40,485 nt of DNA from a virus (lineage: Duplodnaviria > Caudoviricetes): positions 1 to 40,485 of IMG/VR virus record IMGVR_UViG_3300046779_001371; one strand, 5' to 3'. The notes under the pieces are model-generated. The model made no database searches, had not been told where the DNA came from, and was given only the letters and a program-made list of their open reading frames with translations. The position numbers and the translations under genes were made by a program. This document shows positions 16,750 through 25,950 of the stretch, in pieces (positions within the stretch are counted from its first letter, which is position 1; the number at the start of each line of letters is the position of its first letter).

Positions 16750-17481
16750 CTAGTTGTAGTTCTTTCTGTGCCAGTACTTATCTTTGTAATCACCAATAAG
16801 TTTGGTCATACCTTCCCAAGCACGTCGGTGAGACTCGAGGCGTTGAGCTTCACCTCCGTCGACACTCTGCCAGTCGTCACGCTTGAACGGGATAATCTGA
16901 AACATAGGTGTTCCACGAGGGATAACCCCCTCAAACTCTTCGCTCAGGTAGAAAGGTAAGTGACCATCTGGCATCAATGCGTCTGAGTCATGCACTCCTG
17001 AAAGTGTGACAAAAGGAAGATCAAACCTATTCAATGGATGTGTAATCAAGATTGAATAGCCTGGAGGAGTTTGCATTGAAAAAGGATTATGCCAAACAAA
17101 CTGCATCTTGTTGTGCCCTAGTGGGATTGGGATAAGTTCCAAACCCTTACCATCTCGACCATCAATTGGCTCTGGTGGAAGTAGCCACCTAAACTCTGGT
17201 CCTGTCGGCGTTCTGATAACTTCAACATCTTGCCATAGAAGAGCTGCATAACCAGTTGTAAGTCCATCAAAGAAAGGGATACAAGCTTTCATAGAGCGGT
17301 TGCCCTCATACTTATTCTCACCAATTTTGAGAATGCGTGGCTTCTTTTCACCATCTAGAAAACGAGTAGATTTTTTATACCACTCAGGGACAATTGACTT
17401 CATTGGCACTGGCAGTGGAATTACTGGATCTACAGAAGCAAATTTGATTATTTGCGTTTCTTGTTTTTTACGCCAGAACAT
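16750..17481 (-). CDS. Conserved phage protein, DUF6065/dUTPase-fold-like
   Basis: AGGAG RBS; VPEWYKK, MKACIPFFDGLTTGY, TPPGYSILITHPLNRFDLPF, IPRGTPMFQIIPFKRDDW. Confidence 0.65.
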   Translation of the reverse strand: MFWRKKQETQIIKFASVDPVIPLPVPMKSIVPEWYKKSTRFLDGEKKPRILKIGENKYEGNRSMKACIPFFDGLTTGYAALLWQDVEVIRTPTGPEFRWLLPPEPIDGRDGKGLELIPIPLGHNKMQFVWHNPFSMQTPPGYSILITHPLNRFDLPFVTLSGVHDSDALMPDGHLPFYLSEEFEGVIPRGTPMFQIIPFKRDDWQSVDGGEAQRLESHRRAWEGMTKLIGDYKDKYWHRKNYN

Positions 17482-17602
17482 TTCACTCCTTCTTTCTTTC
17501 ATAGCAAGCCTAGCACTGTAGCTACAAGAAGTGGAGTTTGGCACTCAAGTCTCTACATCTTTATGTCTTTTACCTGCAGTTTAGAGGGCTAGCCCTCACG
17601 AG

Positions 17603-17845
17603 TCAAGCGGATTCGCGGAGGCTTACTGCAAGTTCGTTGATGAGGTCAACACGAAAGCCTGACCATACCTTGTCATCTGCGACAACGATTGGTGCTGACT
17701 TGTGTCCAGCCTCCATGTATTCGGCAACTGCATCTGGGTTCTCGTTGATCATCACTGTCTCAAATTCAATTTCGCGTGCTGTTAGCAACTTCTTTGTCTG
17801 CTCGCACTGGACGCAATTTGGGAGTGAGTAAACGACAACAGACAT
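17603..17845 (-). CDS. nrdH: NrdH-like glutaredoxin
   Basis: YSLPNCVQC, SAPIVV, WSGFR. Confidence 0.9.
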   Translation of the reverse strand: MSVVVYSLPNCVQCEQTKKLLTAREIEFETVMINENPDAVAEYMEAGHKSAPIVVADDKVWSGFRVDLINELAVSLRESA

Positions 17846-17862
17846 AGGTATTCCTTTGAGAG

Positions 17863-18273
17863 TTAGAGGGTGACGATGCGCTGGATACCAGCGGAAGCTA
17901 TAAGTTTACTACAACCTGGACATGCAGCGCCCGTGATGTAAATGGTTGCTCCTTGCAGTTCTTCCCAGTCTGCACGCAGTAGGGCGTTAGATTCTGCGTG
18001 TGTCGCCCAGCAAAGGTCGTAGTCACCCTTACCGTGAATTGCTCCTGAGTCTAAGTTGCGTGGGCACTGACCTGTAGCACCGCATGAACGCTCATCACCT
18101 GCTGGAGTTCCGTTGTACCCAGTGCTGACAATCTTGTGATTCTTGACCACGATTGCACCATGCTGTCGCCTTGCGCAATCTCCACGAAGAGAAACTGCCT
18201 TAGCAATGTTGAGGTAGTAATCGTCCCAGTCTGGTCTATTCAAAGGGTTCGAAGTCGTGGATGACGAGGACAT
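17863..18273 (-). CDS. dCMP deaminase
   Basis: RPDWDDYY, STGYNG, HAESNAL, ACPGC zinc motif; start uncertain. Confidence 0.9.
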   Translation of the reverse strand: MSSSSTTSNPLNRPDWDDYYLNIAKAVSLRGDCARRQHGAIVVKNHKIVSTGYNGTPAGDERSCGATGQCPRNLDSGAIHGKGDYDLCWATHAESNALLRADWEELQGATIYITGAACPGCSKLIASAGIQRIVTL

Positions 18274-18400
18274 AGTTTGCCTTTCGAGAGTAGAGGATAC
18301 GAGCGACAAACTTCAGAATGGAATGCTTCCACTCTGGGGCTTCAAGAGCGGTCATACGAACACCGTTGTATGAACCTGTAGATTCTTTTGCCTTAGCCAT
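18236..18400 (-). CDS. Hypothetical protein
   Basis: MAKAKEST... start overlaps upstream stop. Confidence 0.5.
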   Translation of the reverse strand: MAKAKESTGSYNGVRMTALEAPEWKHSILKFVARILYSRKANYVLVIHDFEPFE

Positions 18401-18653
18401 TAGTTGTCTCTTTCTTAGTAACAATCTTAGATGGCTTCTTCTTTAGCAATTTTGGCTTCTCTGCATACTTGAACCACTCATAGATAAAAATGGCAGCAGC
18501 AATTAGAAAACCAAGTGATTCGGCTGCAAGGATGTAATACGGAGTTGGATCTACAAGATAGGTGTCCCACGCAAAGTTGGCAGCGGTAACTGGAAATGCA
18601 ATTGCATTACCAAATACAACTGCAGTGACAATGCTTTTATATACGTTCTTCAT
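18393..18653 (-). CDS. Two-TM membrane protein
   Basis: Two hydrophobic segments and Lys-rich tail; ATGA overlap. Confidence 0.65.
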   Translation of the reverse strand: MKNVYKSIVTAVVFGNAIAFPVTAANFAWDTYLVDPTPYYILAAESLGFLIAAAIFIYEWFKYAEKPKLLKKKPSKIVTKKETTNG

Positions 18654-18913
18654 ATGGTCTTTCTAGTTTCAATCTCGATGCCTACGTTACTGCCTAGAGT
18701 CTGAGCAACTCGAGCGAGTTGAACAAACCTTTGTGAAGCATCTTTCCAACCCCTTGCGTAAGCTTTATCAATCTTCTTCTGTAACTCTGGTGCTAGTTCA
18801 ATAGGTGTAGCGAGCTTTGTTTCAAGCTCTAGGATGCGAGCGTTGCGCTTAGTTAGCGTAGCCTGCAGACCTTCGATGTGAATCTTGAGGGCTTCGTCAG
18901 TTTCAAGTTTCAT
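18650..18913 (-). CDS. Hypothetical coiled-coil protein
   Basis: Coupled ORF in tight operon. Confidence 0.6.
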   Translation of the reverse strand: MKLETDEALKIHIEGLQATLTKRNARILELETKLATPIELAPELQKKIDKAYARGWKDASQRFVQLARVAQTLGSNVGIEIETRKTI

Positions 18914-19092
18914 TTCTTCTTCTCTTCTTTGTCAAAGTCCATCTTCTCGATGTGACTGATGATATGTTCTATTGCCATAACGTAATTGCCATTACCGTAG
19001 GCATACGCTTTCTTGAGATTCTTTTTTAGGTTAGCGACAATATCTTTTCGCTCCTTATTACGGATAAGAACTGTCATTTCATCAAGTGCCAT
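18910..19092 (-). CDS. Hypothetical protein
   Basis: Coupled ORF. Confidence 0.55.
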   Translation of the reverse strand: MALDEMTVLIRNKERKDIVANLKKNLKKAYAYGNGNYVMAIEHIISHIEKMDFDKEEKKK

Positions 19093-19315
19093 CTTCTATC
19101 CTTACGTCATATTGATTATCTAATTTCCACTCAAGTCCAACCTTAGAAATACTGATAACAGTTTCAGGGTTGGGACATTCGGAACATTTATAACTTTCAG
19201 AGCCGTCACGATGAAAGAGGGTGAAAGAAGCTTGATTTCCGCAACTAGCGCAGACTTTACTCACTTCTCTCCCCACTCCTTCTTCATCTTGTTGTAACCA
19301 AATGCGATGTAGCAA
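19082..19315 (-). CDS. Small zinc-ribbon protein
   Basis: CASC...CSEC; start uncertain. Confidence 0.55.
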   Translation of the reverse strand: MLHRIWLQQDEEGVGREVSKVCASCGNQASFTLFHRDGSESYKCSECPNPETVISISKVGLEWKLDNQYDVRIEDGT

Positions 19316-19388
19316 CCAAGGCGCTGTAGAGGCTCTTTGACTACAAGCCAGTCATGTAATGCAAAGATTGGACGTGCAAGCATGTTTC

Positions 19389-19949
19389 TCATTTACTCAT
19401 CTGCTCCCTTAGGTAGTAGAAACAATAAAGGCTCATCTTGGCGTCCCACCCTGCGTTGTGGGCATCTTCGTATCCAATCTTCTCGATTGCATACTGCTTG
19501 GAACGCTTCTTCCATGTCTCAGCATTGACACGCATACCGTTCTCTTCTTTACCGTCTAGAGCAAAGCAAAGAGCGTTGAGGTCAACTGTTCGACGTGAGA
19601 AGAGTGAGTTGAGCTGTGGCAAGGTCTCCTTGACAAAAGGCATATCAAACGAGCCAACATTCCAACCAACAGCGATGGTGTTGTTGCGACGCTTAGGATC
19701 AGCACCTAGAGAAACTAGAAAACTGTAAGCGTTAGCGTCTGTCACATCTGCGTTAGGTTCTGATGGCAAAGACTCTCTAGGAATCTTGTGCACTGCTTCT
19801 GCTTCTGGGTCCCAAGACATCTCACCTGGATTGATGTTCGCTGTGTAGGCAGCATTATCTAGTGCAAGACCAATCTGAATTAGTCGTGCGCCTTCACTTA
19901 GTTCGGTACCTGACATTTCACCGTCAAGTCCCACAAATAGGAAAGTCAT
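19389..19949 (-). CDS. DEDDh 3'-5' exonuclease (DnaQ-like)
   Basis: VGLDGEMSG (ExoI), VGWNVGSFD (ExoII), HNAGWDA (ExoIII). Confidence 0.88.
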   Translation of the reverse strand: MTFLFVGLDGEMSGTELSEGARLIQIGLALDNAAYTANINPGEMSWDPEAEAVHKIPRESLPSEPNADVTDANAYSFLVSLGADPKRRNNTIAVGWNVGSFDMPFVKETLPQLNSLFSRRTVDLNALCFALDGKEENGMRVNAETWKKRSKQYAIEKIGYEDAHNAGWDAKMSLYCFYYLREQMSK

Positions 19950-20251
19950 TAGATGGTCCCGCACTTCTCGCAACCTACACGGTCATAGAGTTCTGGAAGA
20001 GCTTTGATTGCTTCGATAGAGGCATCAATACCATCTTCTAAATCTTTCAATGACTGCCTAAGAGGAATCTTGCTAGTTAGAGCAGAAACTCCACGAATCT
20101 GTGCACGAACATCTGCTAGGTGTTCAAGGATGTCTCGACGCTCGAAGTCAGCACCACGCTTGAGACACTCTTCAGTTAGTGCGTCATACTCGTCAAGAGT
20201 GAGCTGGTGTGTAATTTTACGCTCTGAATTAGATGCTTTTTTCTTTGTCAT
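19949..20251 (-). CDS. Hypothetical protein
   Basis: Coupled ORF, C-terminal CEKC. Confidence 0.6.
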   Translation of the reverse strand: MTKKKASNSERKITHQLTLDEYDALTEECLKRGADFERRDILEHLADVRAQIRGVSALTSKIPLRQSLKDLEDGIDASIEAIKALPELYDRVGCEKCGTI

Positions 20252-20511
20252 TTCTTGTTCATCCAGTCGGTGATAATTTCCATTGCTTGTTCGATGCTGT
20301 AGTTCTGAAACTCTTCATGCTTTGCCTCTGGCAGATACTCCAAGAAAAGCTGGATCATCATGCCAAATAGGTTTGGGCTATCTGGGTTGTTGTAAGACTC
20401 CTGCACGATAGGAAGAGTCTTGGTGTACGGAAGAGTTGAGAACGGACGGATGAGGGTATGGAAGTCTAAGACTTCAATATCTACAAAGTCGGTGTCGTTG
20501 ATGTTAGTCAT
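20248..20511 (-). CDS. Hypothetical protein
   Basis: Coupled ORF. Confidence 0.6.
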   Translation of the reverse strand: MTNINDTDFVDIEVLDFHTLIRPFSTLPYTKTLPIVQESYNNPDSPNLFGMMIQLFLEYLPEAKHEEFQNYSIEQAMEIITDWMNKK

Positions 20512-20647
20512 TTGCGAACTGCTCCTTCAAACGAAGTGCTCGTGCGTGCAGGTCTTCAATGTTGATTGCTAGCTCTCTCAACTGCTCATCTAATATGAGC
20601 AAGCGAAACTCTAGGTTGAAAATCATGTCTTGGAGTTCTTCGTCCAT
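20504..20647 (-). CDS. Small leucine-zipper-like protein, 47 aa (not in ORF track)
   Basis: MDEELQDMIFNLEFRLLILDEQLRELAINIEDLHARALRLKEQFAND; AGAAAGA RBS. Confidence 0.55.
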   Translation of the reverse strand: MDEELQDMIFNLEFRLLILDEQLRELAINIEDLHARALRLKEQFAND

Positions 20648-20682
20648 TTTTGTCTTTCTGTCGTTGGATTTTTATGCTAGCA

Positions 20683-20856
20683 CTATCCGCCTGTTTTGTA
20701 AAACCCTCTACCTTTGAACTGTACTGGGGCGGAGTAATAGATGCGAATTAGAGGCTTCTGACACTCAGGGCACTCATAAACCTGCTGATCTTCATGCATT
20801 GAGCGCACTTCTGTGTACGGATGCCCGTCTTCACATTTATATTCATAGGTTGCCAT
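20683..20856 (-). CDS. FmdB-family zinc-ribbon protein, 57 aa (not in ORF track)
   Basis: MATYEYKCEDGH...CPEC...VQFKGRGFYKTGG; TATGAT -10 six nt upstream. Confidence 0.85.
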   Translation of the reverse strand: MATYEYKCEDGHPYTEVRSMHEDQQVYECPECQKPLIRIYYSAPVQFKGRGFYKTGG

Positions 20857-20867
20857 AGCTCCATCAT

Positions 20868-20899
20868 AAAGTAAATCCCCCCTAGTTGCCTAGGAGGGA
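20868..20899 (-). terminator. Intrinsic terminator after M23 lysin
   Basis: TCCCTCCTAGG-CAA-CTAGGGGGGA hairpin followed by TTTACTTT on minus strand. Confidence 0.55.
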
Positions 20900-20919
20900 C
20901 ATACTTTCAGACAGCGAAA

Positions 20920-21813
20920 TTACTTCACTTTGCTCCATGTCAAGTTGCCAACGGCACCATCTGGTTTGGTGATGTCCTTGAACTTCTTCTGGAATGCAAC
21001 AACTGCTGTATGAGTCTTGTCATCGAATACTCCAGTAACTGGAATGTTCAAAGACTTCTGTAGGTAAGAAACCTCAGGACCCTTAGAGCCCTTCTTTAGT
21101 TCACCCTTGAGTGCTGGTTTCTTAGCAGGAGCCGCAGGCACACTTGGTGCACTTGCTGCTGGTGTTGACACTTTCTTTACAGGTGCAGGTGCCTGTGGTG
21201 CTGCAGGTACTGCAGCTGCTGCTTTCTTCTGTGCTAATTCTGCTTCTACTTTCTTTGCTTGTGCTTCATCGTGAGTTGGGGCTGGTGCTGACTTCTCGTT
21301 AGGGTCTGCTTCTACTGGTGCAGTAGCAATTGACTTCTCTAGCGCGATGAGCGACTTGAAAAAACCAATCGGCTCAATGTAGTTCTTACCGTTCGCATCC
21401 CAGATGTGACTCTTCCCAAGACGTAGCTCCCAGTGAAGATGCTTGCCAGTAGACATACCAGTAGTACCCATCTTGCCCAAAGGAGTGCCTGCTTCAACTT
21501 TCTGACCCTTCTTTACTTTGATAGAACCATCTTGCATGTGTGCATATAGAGTTGTGTAATCTTTACCGTTGATCTTGTGTAGCAAGATAACGTAGTTACC
21601 GAAGCCACCACCTGCAGCGGTTGACTTCTTTGCTTCTAGTACTTTTCCATCATACGGAGATTCAATCCAACATGGCTCATGTGGAGACCAAATGTCGGTG
21701 CCGTTGTGGTGCTTTGGTTTCTTTGTTACTGGGTGAATACGATTACCCATAAGGGAAGTTGGTTTGAAGTCTTTCCCTAGTTTCCCATCGATTGGGAATT
21801 GTGCCTTTGCCAT
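20920..21813 (-). CDS. M23 peptidase endolysin with C-terminal peptidoglycan-binding domain
   Basis: HNGTD, YAHM, STGKHLHWE; Ala/Pro/Lys linker; LKKGSKGPEV..LQ...AVVAFQ...DGAVG..TW. Confidence 0.9.
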   Translation of the reverse strand: MAKAQFPIDGKLGKDFKPTSLMGNRIHPVTKKPKHHNGTDIWSPHEPCWIESPYDGKVLEAKKSTAAGGGFGNYVILLHKINGKDYTTLYAHMQDGSIKVKKGQKVEAGTPLGKMGTTGMSTGKHLHWELRLGKSHIWDANGKNYIEPIGFFKSLIALEKSIATAPVEADPNEKSAPAPTHDEAQAKKVEAELAQKKAAAAVPAAPQAPAPVKKVSTPAASAPSVPAAPAKKPALKGELKKGSKGPEVSYLQKSLNIPVTGVFDDKTHTAVVAFQKKFKDITKPDGAVGNLTWSKVK

Positions 21814-21862
21814 AATTTCCTCGCTAAATTGGACGAATGTCCCTTCTAGTTTCGTGGAATGG

Positions 21863-22351
21863 CTACTGCTCGATTCTGTAGATTAGGTGCTCGACTGGCT
21901 TACCATCAACCATCAAAGCCACATAAAGTGATTCTGATTGTATAAAGCCAGCCTTATTCAAGACTCTAATACTTGCTTTATTGTCTTCGTGGACATACGC
22001 CTCAATGGGGAGGTGGAGGGTATGTAATACATAATCTGTAATAAGTAGTACAGCCTGAGTTGCTACGCCTCGGTTGTTGTAGCTTTCATCAACCCAATAA
22101 CTTATGGAAGCTTCAGTCGTTGAAATTTCAATCATCAACTGACCGACTGGCTCTGTCCCCCAAAAGATATTGAAAACTTTGGTGGAGGTGTTTGGCTTAG
22201 GAAGAGTCTGCCAATTAGTAATGCGTCGCTTGTTCTTTTGAAAGAGCACTGCTACTTGGGCGCTCTCATGGGTTTTTGCCGTAGACAAAGAAACCAGACC
22301 CTGTGACAGATGCACAAGGTCTGGCTCTATGAATTCACGAACACGCTCCAT
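21863..22351 (-). CDS. RimJ/RimL-type GNAT acetyltransferase
   Basis: ISYWVDESYNNRGVATQA, NKASIRVLNKAGF. Confidence 0.85.
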   Translation of the reverse strand: MERVREFIEPDLVHLSQGLVSLSTAKTHESAQVAVLFQKNKRRITNWQTLPKPNTSTKVFNIFWGTEPVGQLMIEISTTEASISYWVDESYNNRGVATQAVLLITDYVLHTLHLPIEAYVHEDNKASIRVLNKAGFIQSESLYVALMVDGKPVEHLIYRIEQ

Positions 22352-22370
22352 ATTAGAAGCGTATCAACTA

Positions 22371-22607
22371 CTACTGACTTTCTACAATAGGAGCTGATGT
22401 GATTACTTCTGGAATGTATGGCTTTTCGATTACAGGAGCAACATCTACTCCTGCCTCTTCTAGAGCAGCATTGAGTGCTGATACAAGAGTAAGACGATCA
22501 GCTGCAAGAGCTGGGTCATCTGATACTTGAGTCATCTCAAGCATCTGAGATTTGATCCACTCAATCTTTTCTTCGACTGATTCGAAGGTTGGAATATTGA
22601 TAGACAT
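22371..22607 (-). CDS. Acidic hypothetical protein
   Basis: GGAAAGG RBS, 78 aa. Confidence 0.6.
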   Translation of the reverse strand: MSINIPTFESVEEKIEWIKSQMLEMTQVSDDPALAADRLTLVSALNAALEEAGVDVAPVIEKPYIPEVITSAPIVESQ

Positions 22608-22620
22608 TAGGTACCTTTCC

Positions 22621-23400
22621 TTATTTGCCTGCTTTTATGATAGCAGCCCAAGTCTTGGGACCAACTACCCCAGCGGCATCTCCAAGCTTAGGATTAGCCT
22701 TTTGGAAAGCAATAATTGCTTTCTTTGTGACTGGACCATAAACGCCATCTGGCTTCGGAACACCCAACTTTTGTTGAATGGTTTTGACATGGATACCTGA
22801 TTCACCTGGGTCAATTGTTTCTCCAGGATATACAAGTGGGTCTGTTACTGGAGCCTTAGCAACCTTAGGTGCTACTGGATTTGCAGTCGATGCTGCATAG
22901 TTAGGACGACCCCAACCAACGATTGCGTTAGGAAGTCCTTGCTTTGCATTCTTCTTATATGCACGAACTTTCTTACAGCACTCGCCACCATTGCGTTGGT
23001 CTCCCTTTGCATTACCTGCAGTGTTTCCACCAACGGTTGTGACTGAGCCATCCTTGTTGTTCTTGATACAAATCTCGACGTGTGACACTCGGTCAACACC
23101 ATCTCCTGGATAATCAAAGTACAGGATGTCTCCAGCCTGTGGTTCATTGACTCCATCGTTTTCAAAGTATGACTTCATCTTCTTGAAGCCATCAACACCT
23201 GCTGGTGTGTAGACGGTGTTAGGTACCTTTACTCCAGCTTCGTTTGCGCACCACATGACGAATGAACCGCACCATGGTTGGAAGTTTGCTTTTGTGAAAG
23301 CACCGTACTTTGTCTGATTATCTTTTGGACCTTCAATGGTTCCTACTTCTGCGAGCGCAACTTCAATAAGTCGTGCTGCTGTTCCTTGTGCTGCTGGCAC
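22621..23400 (-). CDS. CHAP-domain endolysin with C-terminal peptidoglycan-binding domain
   Basis: PWCGSFVMW (Cys), GDILYFDY, SHVEI (His), GGNT; DGVYGPVTKKAIIAFQ. Confidence 0.88.
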   Translation of the reverse strand: MPAAQGTAARLIEVALAEVGTIEGPKDNQTKYGAFTKANFQPWCGSFVMWCANEAGVKVPNTVYTPAGVDGFKKMKSYFENDGVNEPQAGDILYFDYPGDGVDRVSHVEICIKNNKDGSVTTVGGNTAGNAKGDQRNGGECCKKVRAYKKNAKQGLPNAIVGWGRPNYAASTANPVAPKVAKAPVTDPLVYPGETIDPGESGIHVKTIQQKLGVPKPDGVYGPVTKKAIIAFQKANPKLGDAAGVVGPKTWAAIIKAGK

Positions 23401-23403
23401 TTA

Positions 23404-23586
23404 TTACCTCGATTCCTTTTGGGTATCCGTAGTGTACCGTGATGATTTCATGGTGGATATAACCCTGCGTAAATTAGAGTTTTCTCTGCGTAGATTCACG
23501 TTGTCGGTGATTGTGTAAATCATGACGACAATTGCTCCGAGGAGCGCAATGATGATGGCAATGATGTCTGTCTTTAGTAGTTCCAT
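23404..23586 (-). CDS. Single-TM protein with coiled coil (possible holin or lysis accessory)
   Basis: IIAIIIALLGAIVVMIYTI TM immediately upstream of lysin; TACGCT -10 six nt before ATG. Confidence 0.55.
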   Translation of the reverse strand: MELLKTDIIAIIIALLGAIVVMIYTITDNVNLRRENSNLRRVISTMKSSRYTTDTQKESR

Positions 23587-23600
23587 TGCCGAAGCGTAGC

Positions 23601-23637
23601 AAAGAAAAAGACCCCCTGGCACGTCAGAGGGTCTTCT
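23601..23637 (-). terminator. Intrinsic terminator after nrdJ
   Basis: AAGACCCTCTGAC-GT-GCCAGGGGGTCTT hairpin followed by TTTCTTT on minus strand. Confidence 0.75.
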
Positions 23638-23653
23638 TCGAAACGGGATATTA

Positions 23654-25696
23654 CTACTTGTTATTCTCCACGATGAGTTTGATCTCGCACGCGTCGGTGG
23701 TGCAGTAAGCCTCGCCGATTGCGTCTGCTGCCAAACCTTCGTACACGCCTGAGAAGTCGATTGGGAAAAGCTTCTTGATTGAAGCCTCGTACTCCTCTTC
23801 GGTGATTTGGGTGTAAGGCATCTGTGGGTAGGTGAAGTTTCCTGATGGAAGGAATGAGACAGTCTTGAGTTGTCCGTCGTACATGTGAAGGACTGTGCCT
23901 ACATGCTCGCCTTCCTTCTCAGGGTCGAATGAGACGGTGACAGATACTGAGTTGTCTGACCAGTAACGCTGTGCAGTTGCAGCAAGTGCCATCTTCTCGA
24001 AGATAGATACGTCGCGCTCTGCACGCTCTGCATCTGACTTGATTGGGAAGTAAACAACTGAGGTTGTCTCTGGAGACTCTGATGCAGGTTCTACTGTGTA
24101 GTTAGCCATCTTGAACAACGGAAGCATTGGGTCGTTGTTACCAAAACGGATTGCACGATTGAAGAACTTTCCACCTGGAGTCCAGTGAACTCCTGGTGAC
24201 TCACCTGCAAGGATTGACACTGTGCCTGATGGCTTCACTGTTGTGGTCTTGATTGACTCACGAACACCTAGCCACTCTGAGTAAACAACGTCATACTTCT
24301 TGACAGTCTCGTAGCCTTCATCCATCCACTGACGTAGAACTGGAAGACCCTTTGTGTCTGCAAAGTTTGCAACACCTGACATTGATGTACCAATGCGACG
24401 GTTGCGCTGCATGATTGCGTTTGTCTCTTCCCAGTGAGTTGGGAGAAGAGTTACGGTCTTGGCGTAGAGGTAAGCGAACTTGAGTGTGCGCTTGTAGTCT
24501 TCGAGGTTCTCGTGACGGTTGAGGTAAGTTTCAACGAGCGTACACATTTCATATGATTCGAGAGACTGTTCTGCACAAGGGTTGTAGCCTGCGATTCGCC
24601 AGTCTTTGTTATTGATTGGGTCTGCCAATCTTCCGTACTGACGAGACGTATCCATCCAGATAACGCCAGGCTCACCATTGCGGACAATTCCATCAATGAT
24701 TGGGTTGAAGTCAGTTCCAACTTCAACTGCGACTGAGTTGTTTGACATCCAACCCCAACCTGGGTTTTCTGCATCGTATGAGTTGCGTTCAGGGAAACGC
24801 TCTGCATTCTTGAGGTTGAGGAAGTCTTGGTCATTGATGTCACCAATGAGGATCTCTGCGCTTCTGCGAACATTGCCAGAGACTACACAACGACCAATCA
24901 AATTACCAATATCAGCGATGTCGGTGCGTGTGAGCTTGCCACCTGCGCGACCAGTGAACATCTTGCGAATAACATTGTGAAGAAGGATGAGTGGGTCTGG
25001 ACCTGAAGCTGTTCCACCGAAGGTTGCAATAGGTGCACCGTATGGGCGGATTTCTGAGTAATCAAAAATCAGTGACTTCTGACCTTCCTTGAGGAAAGAG
25101 TTGATAAGAGCAACGGTTGACTCCTGCCATCCTTCACGGGTGTCAGGGATAACGTAGGTCTCTTCACCCTGTGGCTCATAGATGGTGAAGTCCTTGTCAG
25201 CACCTACTTGGTCAAAGCCAACGCCAACACCAAGCATCGATGCTTCCATGAGGAATGCAAATGGTTTGCCTGGGTTATTCTTTGTCATCTCTGCAGTAGA
25301 AACAAATGCGCAGTTTTGAAGTGCAGCAGAGTTCTTCTGTACGTTGACAATGCTTGTACCCATCACCCAAAGTCCACGACCTGGTGGAGTCCACTTCAAG
25401 TTGAATAGGCGATCAAAAAATTCTTTAGCAGATGACTGTGCCTTTGCATCATTCCAAGGAAGACGCTGTGACTTTGCGTAATCTTTTTGAAGTGAGTAAG
25501 TACCGTTAGTTACGCGCTCGCAGACTTCAGCCCAAGTCTCTTTAGTTCCATCTTCTTTCTTACGAGAGTAAGTGCGAAGGAATGTAATTTCACCAACTGA
25601 GTTGCCACCAGCGTCACGATAACCGAACGGTGCTTTCTTCTCTTTGTATGTTGCTACATAATCTTTGGACAGTGAAAAAGAGAAAGCAATGCTCAC
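23654..25696 (-). CDS. nrdJ: Class II adenosylcobalamin-dependent ribonucleotide reductase (monomeric RTPR type)
   Basis: PPGRGLW, LQNCAF, VSGNVRRSA, YNPCAEQ, KPSGTVS, C-terminal CTTDAC; single subunit, no NrdB nearby. Confidence 0.95.
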   Translation of the reverse strand: MSIAFSFSLSKDYVATYKEKKAPFGYRDAGGNSVGEITFLRTYSRKKEDGTKETWAEVCERVTNGTYSLQKDYAKSQRLPWNDAKAQSSAKEFFDRLFNLKWTPPGRGLWVMGTSIVNVQKNSAALQNCAFVSTAEMTKNNPGKPFAFLMEASMLGVGVGFDQVGADKDFTIYEPQGEETYVIPDTREGWQESTVALINSFLKEGQKSLIFDYSEIRPYGAPIATFGGTASGPDPLILLHNVIRKMFTGRAGGKLTRTDIADIGNLIGRCVVSGNVRRSAEILIGDINDQDFLNLKNAERFPERNSYDAENPGWGWMSNNSVAVEVGTDFNPIIDGIVRNGEPGVIWMDTSRQYGRLADPINNKDWRIAGYNPCAEQSLESYEMCTLVETYLNRHENLEDYKRTLKFAYLYAKTVTLLPTHWEETNAIMQRNRRIGTSMSGVANFADTKGLPVLRQWMDEGYETVKKYDVVYSEWLGVRESIKTTTVKPSGTVSILAGESPGVHWTPGGKFFNRAIRFGNNDPMLPLFKMANYTVEPASESPETTSVVYFPIKSDAERAERDVSIFEKMALAATAQRYWSDNSVSVTVSFDPEKEGEHVGTVLHMYDGQLKTVSFLPSGNFTYPQMPYTQITEEEYEASIKKLFPIDFSGVYEGLAADAIGEAYCTTDACEIKLIVENNK

Positions 25697-25782
25697 GTTG
25701 TGGCTCCTTGGTTTAGTTTTAGCGTTGGTTGTTTAGCCTACTTCCGTAGGCTGGTTATTGCAAAGTTTTGGTCTTGCTGGAA

Positions 25783-25926
25783 TTACTTCTTAGGATTCCA
25801 ACCTGAGTGCTGACCAGCACATCCCTGCTTAGGGCAACGTGGTCGCCCATGCCCATCATCCATAATTCTTTTAGCGCCGCAATATGGGCATTTGTCTTGC
25901 TTGTCTGCTGAAAGTGCCTGACTCAT
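25783..25926 (-). CDS. Small zinc-finger protein, 47 aa (not in ORF track)
   Basis: AAGGAG RBS; CPYC...CPKQGC. Confidence 0.6.
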   Translation of the reverse strand: MSQALSADKQDKCPYCGAKRIMDDGHGRPRCPKQGCAGQHSGWNPKK

Positions 25927-25950
25927 TGCGGTCTCCTTAGGATTGTTTAC

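Noticed and set aside
23654-25696. Intein or intron in nrdJ
   Set aside because: 680 aa continuous ORF of normal length, with no intein splice motifs or homing endonuclease.
25697-25782. Cobalamin riboswitch or NrdR box upstream of nrdJ
   Set aside because: Only ~85 nt with one short hairpin (AGCCTAC-GGAA-GTAGGCT); no B12-box or NrdR palindrome recognisable.
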